DNA of 64,000 nucleotides from an uncultured Verrucomicrobiae bacterium (GCA_963845665.1 CAWJTA010000002.1:2211388-2275387), one strand, 5' to 3'; shown: positions 41,019 through 51,648, counted from the first letter of the stretch. Numbers and translations: made by a program. The notes: generated by a model from the sequence alone, not told the origin.

Positions 41019-43975
41019 ATGAAAACTGTCTCGGAACGAATCTGCCTGAAAATCATGAAAGGGCTTCTGCCAATGGGGCTGTGCCTTATGGCTGCCGCTG
41101 CTTTGACCAGTGCTCATGCGCAATCGACCAATTTGATTAACGTTCAAATTCTGGACGATTCCCTTAACCTAGCTTATGGCGGCGGCGGCCCAAATCCGTT
41201 GCCGGCCATGACAGGAGCCGCAGAGGTTGGCTTGCCGGCCGACGCATGGAATGGGGTCACCGCGAGCGAGATAAACTATTCGGGCTATCCGAGTGGCATG
41301 ACCACCCCCACTCCAATTCCATTGGAGTACGGAGATGGCACCGCGTCAGGTGTGAACATGACCATATCATCGCCAGACGGCGGGACATATTGCGCCAACG
41401 CATATACTTGGGGCAATGATAGTCCCTTTACTCCGGCCGGCAGTCCATATTCGGATCTGATGGAGTGTTTGATGTATGTCGGTGGCGGTGGTTCCGCAAA
41501 TATCACGCTCACGGGTCTCAAAGTGGGACAAGGTTATAATCTGTATGTTTATACGGCGGGTGACCAGAGTGTTTCCGGTGGGAGGCAGGGTCAATACACG
41601 GTGGCGGGCAATGCCCAGTATTATGTCTGGGACGGAAAAACCACGAACCTGGTTGAGGGAGTTACCTATCTCGAATTTGTAGGCGTCGCGCCGGATTCCA
41701 CCGGGACATTGGTCATAAACCTTGGCAATGCCACTGCAGAGACCGATCTCGACGGTTTCCAACTGCAGGCCGCCCCAGCCGGACCATCGCCATCAATGAT
41801 AAATAATCTGTCCCCGAATGGTTCCCGATTTTTCAATCCTTCGGGCAATTTCACGTTCAATATTCAATCCGCTTCAACAGGCGGAGCGCAATTGCCTTCC
41901 AATCCCACCAGTAGCGTGGGGGTGGTGGTCAATGGCCAAAATAAAACCTCGCAACTCCAGTTTAGCGGCAGCGACACCCTCTGGAACGTGACTTTGCCCG
42001 GGATTTTGACCTCCAACGCAACTTACACGATCGGAATTCTGGTCACCAATAGCGCCGGTCTGATTTCCTCGAACTCAGTTACTTTTGATACCTATGCCCC
42101 GGCCATAGTCGTTCCTGCTGAAACGTACGACTTTAACGGTGGCCAGTTTATCCAGCATTTTACTCCCACTAACGTGGCAGGACCAACCACCTATTTTGGC
42201 GTGACCGGCGTCAGCAACGTTGATTATAGCACGGTTGCGGGAGGCGTGGCCGGCGGAGGCACAACGCTTGCCCCTAATTATCCGGATCGCGGGGACAGTA
42301 ACGTCGCTTTCCAGGTGGCGTCCGATCTGAATTTGCCGCTTTATCAGGCCCAAAGCAATTCGGCAGTCTATAACGTAAACATCGCTTACAACAATGCGGG
42401 CAATTGGTTCAATTATACGCGCAATCCCTGGCCCTCGGGTAATTTCATTGTGTACGGGCGCGTATCCAGCGGCAACGGCACACCTGGAGGAATCGGAAAC
42501 TACGAAGCTTTGAACCTGGTGACGGGCGGATATGGTACGGTAAGCCAAACCACCAACACCCTCGGCTACTTTATCATCAAGGACGGCTTAAACTGGAACA
42601 ACTATTCCTGGGTCCCGCTAACCGATGCTAACGGAAATGTGGTGCCGGTAAGCATACCGGGCGGCCAGCAGACGCTTCAATTGCTGAGCGGCGGCGGTTT
42701 GAACGTGATTGATTTCATGTTCATTGCAGTTCCCCCTCTCGGATTGCCGCCAACGATCAATAATTTCAGTCCCGCCCTTACGACTGGAGGGAATGTATTT
42801 GTGGGTAACAGCGTAAGCTTCTCGGTTAGCTCTTTGTTCAACACCGTTGCGACCAGCAATATCCATGTTTTGTTGAACGGAAGCCCTGTAACGCCGGCGT
42901 TCTCCGGCAACAATACGGATTGGACTGTTACCTTCCCGGTTTCGGGCGTCAATCAATTTGATACCTTCGCCATAAGTGCCGTGGATAGCAATGGATTGAC
43001 CAACAGTGTCTCGGGGACTTTCGACACCTTTAGCCAGACCAACCTCATGATTGAATCCGGGGACTATGATTTCAACGGCGGCTCGTGGATTGATAATCCA
43101 CTGGAGACGGCCACTACGGCTGCGCCGACAAACAGCTATTACTACTATCCCGGCGGCGATCCGGATAACACTGCCGAGTACGGCATAGATTATGACACGA
43201 CCAACGTAACCGCCTCTGAAACATACGTCTACCGCGTGGATGGCGACACTCCGCCGTCAGTTTCGACAGTTGCGCAAGCCGCCGGTTCGGAAGTGACATC
43301 AGACTTCCTGCGAGACAAGTTCATCAACGAAGGGTCGGGAGCACAACCGCCCTTCGAGTACGTAATTCCGAGAATCTGTTCCGACAACCAACGTCGACTA
43401 CGATTTGGCCTGGTGGGGACCCGGAACCTGGCTCAATTACACCCGCACATTCCCGACCAACACCTATCACGTCTGGGGCCGGCTGGCGAGCGGGGCAAGC
43501 TATACCAATTGTTCCATGAGCCTGGTGACCGCGGGCCGGGGTACCACAACCGCAAACGACCCAACTCGTGGGCAACTTCTCGGATACCAGCGCCGCCGGA
43601 TTCCAGGCGTGGCATTGGGTGCCGTTGGAAAACAATAACGGGCAGCCGGTCGTGGTTTCCCTGGGTGGTGTGGAAACACTCAAGCTAACCGCTCCGCCGG
43701 GCTCCGCCACAGGCAGCCTGAACAGCCACTTCTACATGTTAGTGCCCTTTGTCGTGGCGCCATCGTTTTCCATCAGTGTTACGGAAAGTGCGGGAGCCGT
43801 TTCGATCCACTTCCCGACACAAAATGGGCACAGCTACACGGTACAATACAGCACCAGTTTGAGCCCACCCAACTGGCAAACATTGGGCAGCAACGTTACG
43901 GGTGACGGGACCATTCACACGATGAACGACAGCACGACCGCTGGACCACGGTTCTATCGGGTCGAGGCTCAGTAA
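41019..43975 (+). pseudogene. Large secreted scaffold-like protein B (paralog of A), interrupted by two 1-bp insertions
   Basis: Colinearity with A continues through frames 41019, 43405 and 43568. ..PPFEYVIP[a][32 protein letters not shown].. has an extra a at about 43371. ..GRGTTT[g]QTTQLVGNFSD.. has an extra g at 43552. It ends PRFYRVEAQ. Confidence 0.85.
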
Positions 43976-44117
43976 GCATATCGAACGATGGGCGGTTTGG
44001 CGCCAGTCTTAGGCGCCACCGCCCACTGATGGAAAGCCAAGGAGAAAATAGAAATGCATCCGATGCACAACGACGCGCTTCCGAGAGCGCGGCTGGGTCG
44101 AAGACCAGCCGCGGCAC

Positions 44118-45029
44118 GTGGAAACTTTCGGAAACACTGCGGTGGGTGGCTTTACATTGATAGAGCTGCTTGTGGTCATTGCGATTATTGCGATCCTGGC
44201 GGCGATACTGTTGCCGGTGCTTACCGCGGCACAAAAGAAAGCCCTTGCCACGCAATGTTTGGCCAATGAAAAGCAGCTGGTGGGGGCGTGGATTATGTAT
44301 GCCGGTGACAACAATGACTATCTAGTGCCCAACCGCGGTCTTAATGGCGCCACCGGCGTCAATTACTCAGGCAATCCTCTGCTTGAGACCTATCTCCAGC
44401 CTGGCGGCGCAAATGCCACCTGGTGTCCCGGCACTTTGTTGAATGCGGCGGATCTTACGCCGGGCAGCAAGTATCTGGGCGGCTCCATATACAGTTTGTG
44501 GATAGAGGCGGGCCTCCTCTATCCATACATCAATAACATCAGCGTTTACAAATGCCCGGGTGATCACACCTTCGTTCCCCGCACCGGTGGAGCGTTCACA
44601 GCTCCAGCCCTGCGTACCTATTCAATGAATTGCTGGGTGCAGCCGATGGATGCGCCAGGCTATAACACGGCGACATGGAATGGGATAACAGGCTGGGCAT
44701 ACTACACGAAGCAATCGAATATGAGGAACCCCGGACCCGCCCAGACGTGGGTTTTTGTTGAAGAGAATCCCTACAGCATAGACGACGGTTTCTTTGCGGT
44801 AAATCCCAACACACCCACCGAGTGGTACAATAGCCCGGCCGTTTTGCATGGCCACAGCAGCGTATTATCGTATGGTGATGGGCATTCGGCGCTCAGGAGG
44901 TGGACAGATGGTGCAATGATCAGCGAAATGCCGACATCTCCCGGCGGTAACACGGACAATGTGCTGGCCCAACCCGGGACGGGAGATTTGGCGTGGTTCA
45001 TTTCCGTGACTACGGCGCCGACCAAATAA
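44118..45029 (+). CDS. Prepilin-type H-X9-DG (DUF1559-like) pseudopilin
   Basis: [26 protein letters not shown], and HGHSSVLSYGDGH. The GTG start has no obvious SD sequence. See the finding on the out-of-frame ATG at 44054. Confidence 0.85.
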   Translation: METFGNTAVGGFTLIELLVVIAIIAILAAILLPVLTAAQKKALATQCLANEKQLVGAWIMYAGDNNDYLVPNRGLNGATGVNYSGNPLLETYLQPGGANATWCPGTLLNAADLTPGSKYLGGSIYSLWIEAGLLYPYINNISVYKCPGDHTFVPRTGGAFTAPALRTYSMNCWVQPMDAPGYNTATWNGITGWAYYTKQSNMRNPGPAQTWVFVEENPYSIDDGFFAVNPNTPTEWYNSPAVLHGHSSVLSYGDGHSALRRWTDGAMISEMPTSPGGNTDNVLAQPGTGDLAWFISVTTAPTK

Positions 45030-45077
45030 AAACGTCTATAAAGAATTTGCCCCGGTTTCCTGTTCCCATTTTCCGTT

Positions 45078-48000
45078 ATGAAAAACTGTCAGTCAAAACC
45101 GGGATGGGTTGATTTCAAGCGTCGTCTTCGGCCTTCAACTGTGATGTCCGTCCTTGGTGCGGCTTGTCTCATAGTTGTCTGCTGCGCGATGCCAGCTCGT
45201 CTCCTCGCACAAGCCTGGACAAATACAACGCTCTCCGCCGGTCAACGCGCCAGTTTTTTGGTTCCCTCAATGAATTTCAGCCAGGAGGCAACCATGGTTT
45301 ATGGAGGGGGCGGGTCGTATGTAGGCAACATCCCTGCCAACTCTTCGCCAGCAATTCCTGCGTTGAATTTGCAGGATGGACCGGCCGGTATTGGCGATGG
45401 AGTGACCGGGGTTACGGCCTTTCCCGCGCCCATTGCCCTCGCAGCGAGTTGGGACGTTCCCTTGGCGCGCCAGTATGGCGTGATGCTGGGCAACGAAGCG
45501 TGGGGCAAAGGCGTCAACGTGTCGTTGGCGCCGATGATGAATATGGCGCGCGCTTATGAAGACGGAAGAAATTTTGAGGGCTATGGCGAATCCCCTGAGT
45601 TGTCGGGGGCGATGGCCGCCGCCGAGATCAACGGGATACAAAGCCAGGGTGTCATCGCCACCGCCAAACACTTCGTATGCTATGAAGAGGAGACAGAACG
45701 AATGTACATGACGGCGGACGCGGACGAACGCACCCGGCAGGAGATTTATTATGTGCCGTTTTTGGATTCCGTGCGGGCTGGCGTTGGCGCCGTGATGTCT
45801 TCGTACAATCGGGTCAATGGCCGCTATGCCGGTGAATACGAAGCGCTCAATGCGACCTTGAAGAAGGAATGGGGATTCAACGGCTTCGTCATGAGCGATT
45901 GGGGAGCGTCGTTTAGCACGGTGGCGGGCATGAACAATGGGCAGGACATGGATATGTACAATAGCTTTGCCTACACTTCAGGCGACATCTCTGCCGCCAA
46001 TCAATCGGGCCTCGTCCCTACCGTGGAACTCAACGGCATGGCGCAGCGGATTCTCACCTCCATGTTTCAATGTGGCATTTTCGATAATCCATCCGCCGGA
46101 AATCTCAGCTCGACGGTGACCAATTCCACTCACCAGCAATTTGCGCTAAATGAAGCCGAAGAAGGAATGGTTTTGTTGCAAAACAACGGTGGCCTGCTGC
46201 CGCTGGGCGCGTCGGTGCATTCCATCGCCGTAATTGGTTCGGTCGCAAGCGTGGCTCCGATTTCGACGGGCGCCGGTTCTGCAAGTGTGAACCTGCCTTA
46301 CAACGTCACGCCGTTGACGGGAATTACGACCCGTGCCGGAAGCGGCGTCACCGTCAGCTATGCCCAGGGTGATGGCGCCAGCGTCTCAGCGGCTGCGGAA
46401 CTGGCTTCCACCTCCGATGTGGCAATCGTCTGTGTGGGGCAGCAAACCAGCGAAGGTTCAGATCGATCCAACCTTTCGTTGCCCAACGGCCAGGATGCTT
46501 TGGTGGAAGCCGTGGCTGCCGCCAACCCCAATACGATTGTCGTGATGTATGAGTCGTCGGCCACACTGATGCCATGGGCCAATCAGGTCGCGGCCATCCT
46601 GATGGCGTGGTATCCGGGACAGGAAAACGGCAACGCGCTCGCGCATGTTCTATTTGGAGACGTGAACCCTTCGGGGAAACTGCCCGTGACCATTCCTCCC
46701 TCTGCCGGCCAGGTGCCTGTCGGCACAGCGGCTCAATGGCCTGGCGTCAACGGCCACACGGTTTACTCCGAAGGGTTGCAAATTGGCTATCGCTGGTATG
46801 ACGCCAATAGCGTGACACCGTTGTTCGCGTTCGGATTCGGGCTGTCGTACACGACTTTCGGTTACAGCAACCTGACTGTCAGCACCGTCAGCCCTTCGGG
46901 GCAGGTGCAGATTGGTTTCGACCTTACGAACACAGGCACGCTCGCGGGCGCTGAAGTGCCACAACTTTATCTGGGTTTTCCCGCTGCCGCAGGCGAACCC
47001 CCCAGACTGCTGAAGGGATTTCAAAAGATCACCCTTCTGCCGGGACAAAGGCAGCACGTCACCTTCAACCTCAACTGGGAAGACCTCGCCAACTGGGACG
47101 CAACGGCCCGCGGCTGGATTGTCACGCCCGGAGTATTCCAGGTTAATGTGGGCGCCTCCTCCCGCGACATTCGTTTGACCGGAAGTTTCACGGTTAATTC
47201 CATCCCATCAAGCGACCGGGCCAACGCGGCACTGCATCAGGCCGTGACCGTTTCGACCGCGATGTCCGGCACGCCCGGTTCGGCGGCATTGGACGGCGAT
47301 CCAACGACGGCGTGGGTGTCTGCCGCGGCCGATCCGCAGTGGATTACTGCGGACCTGGGCCTAATAAAAGATTTGTCACGCGTGCGGCTTCTGTGGGGCA
47401 GCAATTATGCCACCAGCTATCAGATTCAAATTTCCACCGATGATACGAATTGGACGACGGCGTACACAACGAACAACGATGTCGGGGGCACCGAGGATAT
47501 TCTTGTTTCGGGCCGGGGCCGGTATGTCCGGCTATACGGAACGCAACGCGCCGGGCCTGGCGGTTATTCGGTTTCCGAGTTTGATGTTTTCTCCCTGCCA
47601 CAACGCCCATACGGCGGCGTTGTGCCCGCCTTGCCCGGGCGTATTGAAGCTGTTAACTACGACACCGGCGGCGAGGACGTGGCCTACAATAGCACGTCAG
47701 TCGGAAATGCGGGCGGCGCGTACCGAATGGATGACATTGGAATCCAGGCGACGACCGATACCGGAGGCGGCTACAACGTCGGCTGGCTCAACAATGGCGA
47801 ATGGCTGGAATACACCGTCAATCCGCAGGACCCTTCAGCCATTTACAGCATCAGCGTTCGTGTCGCGGCGCCCGCGGCGGGAGGCCTGCTTCGGCTGAGG
47901 CTCAACGGCACGGTGTTGGGTATGGTTACCGTTCCGGCCACCGGCGGTTGGCAGAATTGGCAGACGGTGACCTTGCCCAATGTTCCCATCCAGGGCGGCA

Positions 48001-48689
48001 TCGGCAGTCAGCCGCTGCGATTGGAAGTGCTCAACGAGGGATTCAACATTAACTGGGTCGAATTGGACCGGGTTCAGATTTGCGGGACTAACGACCTTGC
48101 ACTAAACCAGACTGCCTCAGCCTCATCGCTCGAATCGAGCAGCTATCCCGCTGCGGATGCCTTCGATGAGAATCCCACTACGCGCTGGTCCTCTGCATTC
48201 AGCGACCCTCAATGGGTCCAGGTGGATCTGGGCTCGGTGCAAAACATTGGCCGTGTCTGGCTCAGCTGGGAGAACGCCTTCGCCCCGGATTACAGTATTC
48301 AAGTGTCTTCGGACGGGAACACCTGGAGCACAATTTACAGCACGACCAATGGCCCAGGCAGTATTAATGATTTGGCGGCGCCGGGCAGCGGGCGCTACGT
48401 ACGGATGTACGGCACTCAGCGCGCCACCCAGTATGGATATTCGCTCTGGGATTTTGAGGTTTTTTCGGCGCTCACGCCACAGCTGACAATTGCCCCGAGT
48501 GGGACCAATGTCGTGGTTTCCTGGCCGAACACGCTGAACGGTTGGTCACTACAAGCCAGTCCAGTATTGGGCGTGCCCGGCAGTTGGACTAATTTCGGAA
48601 TATCGCCTTTGTTCCTGAACTCTGAATACATCGTCACCAACAGCGTCAGTGGGCCCGCGCAGTTTTACCGCTTGAAACAGAATCCGTGA
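45078..48689 (+). CDS. GH3 beta-glucosidase with a PA14-less GH3 core, two F5/8-type-C (discoidin)-like domains, one CBM6-like domain and a C-terminal FYRLK module
   Basis: GH3 motifs are KHFVCYEEE and GFVMSDWGA (nucleophile region). Two discoidin-like segments are DGDPTTAWVS..QWITADLG..YATSYQIQIS.D..NW and DENPTTRWSS..QWVQVDLG..APDYSIQVSSDGNTW. It ends AQFYRLKQNP. Confidence 0.88.
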   Translation: MKNCQSKPGWVDFKRRLRPSTVMSVLGAACLIVVCCAMPARLLAQAWTNTTLSAGQRASFLVPSMNFSQEATMVYGGGGSYVGNIPANSSPAIPALNLQDGPAGIGDGVTGVTAFPAPIALAASWDVPLARQYGVMLGNEAWGKGVNVSLAPMMNMARAYEDGRNFEGYGESPELSGAMAAAEINGIQSQGVIATAKHFVCYEEETERMYMTADADERTRQEIYYVPFLDSVRAGVGAVMSSYNRVNGRYAGEYEALNATLKKEWGFNGFVMSDWGASFSTVAGMNNGQDMDMYNSFAYTSGDISAANQSGLVPTVELNGMAQRILTSMFQCGIFDNPSAGNLSSTVTNSTHQQFALNEAEEGMVLLQNNGGLLPLGASVHSIAVIGSVASVAPISTGAGSASVNLPYNVTPLTGITTRAGSGVTVSYAQGDGASVSAAAELASTSDVAIVCVGQQTSEGSDRSNLSLPNGQDALVEAVAAANPNTIVVMYESSATLMPWANQVAAILMAWYPGQENGNALAHVLFGDVNPSGKLPVTIPPSAGQVPVGTAAQWPGVNGHTVYSEGLQIGYRWYDANSVTPLFAFGFGLSYTTFGYSNLTVSTVSPSGQVQIGFDLTNTGTLAGAEVPQLYLGFPAAAGEPPRLLKGFQKITLLPGQRQHVTFNLNWEDLANWDATARGWIVTPGVFQVNVGASSRDIRLTGSFTVNSIPSSDRANAALHQAVTVSTAMSGTPGSAALDGDPTTAWVSAAADPQWITADLGLIKDLSRVRLLWGSNYATSYQIQISTDDTNWTTAYTTNNDVGGTEDILVSGRGRYVRLYGTQRAGPGGYSVSEFDVFSLPQRPYGGVVPALPGRIEAVNYDTGGEDVAYNSTSVGNAGGAYRMDDIGIQATTDTGGGYNVGWLNNGEWLEYTVNPQDPSAIYSISVRVAAPAAGGLLRLRLNGTVLGMVTVPATGGWQNWQTVTLPNVPIQGGIGSQPLRLEVLNEGFNINWVELDRVQICGTNDLALNQTASASSLESSSYPAADAFDENPTTRWSSAFSDPQWVQVDLGSVQNIGRVWLSWENAFAPDYSIQVSSDGNTWSTIYSTTNGPGSINDLAAPGSGRYVRMYGTQRATQYGYSLWDFEVFSALTPQLTIAPSGTNVVVSWPNTLNGWSLQASPVLGVPGSWTNFGISPLFLNSEYIVTNSVSGPAQFYRLKQNP

Positions 48690-48800
48690 CCCGGACTGCG
48701 CTTGCAAATTGCAGCGTCACATTGCCCTTATGCCGCGGCGGCGTTTGTTTTTTCTTGAATTGATGAATTTGTATTCGTAAATCTGGGGTATTAGATTCCC

Positions 48801-51053
48801 GTGAAACGACGTTTACTGCTGGCGCTTCTTATTGTATTTGCATTGTCAAATGCGATGGCAGGGACTGTTGGGGAACAAACCAGTCAAATTCTAACAAATG
48901 CCTCCGCCATCCTGGCGCTGTCGGGCGAACAGGCGGCTCAGGCGATAAACGTTTCCATTCGCGGTGTTGTCACAGCCGCGGAACGCGATTGGGGCGGCCG
49001 CTTTTTCATCCAGGATTCCAGCGGCGGCATTTTTGTCGAAAACATCAGCAGCAATCAACCCTGGCCCGGGGACGTTTTAACTTTAACTGGCGTGACTTCC
49101 CCCGGCGGATATGCACCCACAATCAGCAAACCCCAATGGCAGAAAATTGGACGGTCGCCGTTACCGCCGCCCAGAGCGGTCGCAGTGGAGGAATTGATGT
49201 CCGGGGTTGAAGACGGGCAACGGATTGAGATTTCCGGAATCGTTCGGAGCGCTCAGCCAGTGGGCAAACTGCTTGAAGTCGAGCTCTTTTGTGGCGGATA
49301 CCGCGTGCCGGTATTTCTATCCATGCAATCCGGTCTTGACCCGCAAAAGCTCGTTGGCGCGCGTGTGCGCGTGGCCGGCACTCCCGCCACCGCCTATGAT
49401 AACGCCCAGATGCGGCACTTGATTTCCGTGGATGTGTATGTGCCGATTGTGACGGATTTCGTCGTTGAAAAGGACGCCAGGCCTGACCCGTTCCGGGAGC
49501 CGATAACGCCCGCCAATAACATGGCCCAATATCGCGCAAGCCGTACCTTCGCTGACCGCGTTCACGTTCAAGGAGTTGTGATTTACCAAAGAAAGGGCCG
49601 GGATTTGTTCATCAAGGACGCCACCGGCGGCCTGCAGATTAAAAGCCGGCAAGTGACTTCATTCTCGAAAGGCGACGTCGTGGAGGCCGTCGGTTTCCCG
49701 GACTTTGAAGGCTATTTGCCTGTTCTGGACGATGCTGTTTTCAAAAAAACAACTAAACCCCGAGTCGATCTCACGCCAACCACGCCTGCCATCGGCGACC
49801 TGTTGAGTGGCTTGCACCATTCAGATTTTATTACACTCAGGGGCAAATTGTTGGACCGCCTGGAAGAACAGGTCGCGTTGCCGACGGGCGATTCTGAAAT
49901 CAAGACCATCCTGGTGTTGCAATCGAGCAATCGCGTCTTTACTGCCCAGGCTGAAACCGCTGAGCCGAGCCAGACGCTCAAGTCCATTCCATTGGGCAGC
50001 GTGCTTGAAGTCAGCGGCGTTTGTTTTCTCCAAAGCGCGGAGGATGGAAGAATCCAGTCCTTTCAAGTCCTGTTACCCGCGGCTTACAATACGCGCGTGG
50101 TCTCGCGCCCGGGCTGGTTCACTACAAAACATTTGCTATACACCCTGGGCGTTGCCTTGATTGTCATTATCGTGGGCACCAGTTGGACCATTATGGTGAC
50201 CAAGCGAAATTCGGCGCTAAAGCTCCTGATCCATCAACGGGAATTGGACCAAAAAGAGCTGCAACAGGCCCACGACACATTGGAAGAGCGCGTCAAGGAC
50301 CGGACCGAACAATTGAAGTTTCAGATTACCGCAAGAAAGGAAGCCGAGGTGCAGTTCAAGGCCACTCTGGCCGAACGCACCCGATTGGCCAAGGAACTCC
50401 ATGATACCATCGAGCAAACGATGACCGGCATCACGCTCCAGCTCAACACCGTCGGCAAGTTGTTCCAGGAGGACCCTGAAACGGCCAGCCGCCATTTGGG
50501 ATTGATCCGAAACATGGTGCGCTTGAGCCGAGTGGATTTGCGCCGGTCCATTTGGGACCTGCGCAGCCGGGAGCTCGAACAATTTAACCTGTACAAGGCG
50601 CTCTCGCTCAGTGCCAGCCGCATTGCCAGTAATGCGGGCATTCGAGTTGAAGTGGAAACCAGGGGCAATGTTTGCCCTCTGCCTGAAATCATAGAAGAGG
50701 CCCTGTTGCGGATTGGTCAGGAGGCGGTCACAAACACAGTCAAGCACGCCGATGCTCACTGCATCAAAATTGAACTGGATTTCAGCCCGACCCATATCGT
50801 CCTGCTGGTCAAGGATGATGGAAAAGGTTTTATGCCTGGTAACTGCCCCGGCCCAAACGACGGGCATTTTGGACTATTGGGCATGGCCGAACGAGCCAAG
50901 CGATTGGGCGGCCAAATTACAGTCACCAGCGCGCCCGGCGCGGGAACCGCTATCCGTGTAGAGATCCCTGTCCCGCGTCTGGAAACACCGCAACCCATCA
51001 ATGAACAAACCGACTACGAAGAAAACGTCGCCGATTCGAATACTTATCGCTGA
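48801..51053 (+). CDS. Sensor histidine kinase (HisKA_3 type), paralog of 38076..40298
   Basis: The periplasmic domain aligns with kinase 1 (GVTSPGGYAPTI.. vs GTTSPGEYAPTV..; GVEDGQRIEISGIVRSA vs GAEDSQFVEIGGVVRSL). H-box LAKELHDTIEQ, N-box EAVTNTVKHA, G1 DDGKG. Confidence 0.88.
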   Translation: MKRRLLLALLIVFALSNAMAGTVGEQTSQILTNASAILALSGEQAAQAINVSIRGVVTAAERDWGGRFFIQDSSGGIFVENISSNQPWPGDVLTLTGVTSPGGYAPTISKPQWQKIGRSPLPPPRAVAVEELMSGVEDGQRIEISGIVRSAQPVGKLLEVELFCGGYRVPVFLSMQSGLDPQKLVGARVRVAGTPATAYDNAQMRHLISVDVYVPIVTDFVVEKDARPDPFREPITPANNMAQYRASRTFADRVHVQGVVIYQRKGRDLFIKDATGGLQIKSRQVTSFSKGDVVEAVGFPDFEGYLPVLDDAVFKKTTKPRVDLTPTTPAIGDLLSGLHHSDFITLRGKLLDRLEEQVALPTGDSEIKTILVLQSSNRVFTAQAETAEPSQTLKSIPLGSVLEVSGVCFLQSAEDGRIQSFQVLLPAAYNTRVVSRPGWFTTKHLLYTLGVALIVIIVGTSWTIMVTKRNSALKLLIHQRELDQKELQQAHDTLEERVKDRTEQLKFQITARKEAEVQFKATLAERTRLAKELHDTIEQTMTGITLQLNTVGKLFQEDPETASRHLGLIRNMVRLSRVDLRRSIWDLRSRELEQFNLYKALSLSASRIASNAGIRVEVETRGNVCPLPEIIEEALLRIGQEAVTNTVKHADAHCIKIELDFSPTHIVLLVKDDGKGFMPGNCPGPNDGHFGLLGMAERAKRLGGQITVTSAPGAGTAIRVEIPVPRLETPQPINEQTDYEENVADSNTYR

Positions 51054-51648
51054 TGACCATTACGTTGTCCGGATGGGCCTGATCGCCATGGTCAACCTTG
51101 AACCGGACATGGAAGTGGTTGCCGAGGCTACCGATGGAAATCAGGCCTGCGCTTTGTTCAAGCGATGGAACCCGGACCTGACATTGCTGGACGTGCGAAT
51201 GCCCGAGAAAAACGGAATCGAAACCATCATCGAAATTCGGCGCCAAAACAATAACGCGCGCATTTTGATGTTATCGGCTTTGGACGGAGACGAGGACATC
51301 CATAAGGCGATCGAGGCTGGTGCGGCGGGCTATGTCTTCAAAGATTCCACCGACGAAAAGCTGCTGCCGGCGATACGAGCGGTGGCATCCGGCCAGCGTT
51401 GGATTCCCGAGGAAGTGGCCAAACGGCTCGAATCCCGGCGGTTATTTGAAGAACTCACGCCGCGCGAATTATTGATCCTCAACGAAGTGGTGAAAGGATT
51501 GGCGAACAAACAAATCGCGGACGTTCTAAATATCAGTGAGAACACCGTGAAATGGCACCTCAAAAATATTTTGGGAAAACTGTGCGTCGCCGATCGTGCG
51601 GAAGCGGTTGCAGTGGCGATTCAACGGGGGATAATTCATTTGAATTAG
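51001..51648 (+). CDS. NarL/LuxR-family response regulator
   Basis: REC domain (ILIADDHYVVRMGL, DLTLLDVRMPE) plus LuxR HTH (LTPRELLILNEVVKGLANKQIADVLNISENTVKWHL). It overlaps the kinase 3' end by 53 nt. Confidence 0.9.
   Translation: MNKPTTKKTSPIRILIADDHYVVRMGLIAMVNLEPDMEVVAEATDGNQACALFKRWNPDLTLLDVRMPEKNGIETIIEIRRQNNNARILMLSALDGDEDIHKAIEAGAAGYVFKDSTDEKLLPAIRAVASGQRWIPEEVAKRLESRRLFEELTPRELLILNEVVKGLANKQIADVLNISENTVKWHLKNILGKLCVADRAEAVAVAIQRGIIHLN

Noticed and set aside
43405-43638. Track ORF 43405-43638 (77 aa) and ORF 43568-43975 (135 aa) as independent small genes.
   Set aside because: They are the middle and final frames of scaffold B. Their sequences align residue for residue with the C-terminal CBM-like and FYR domains of scaffold A.
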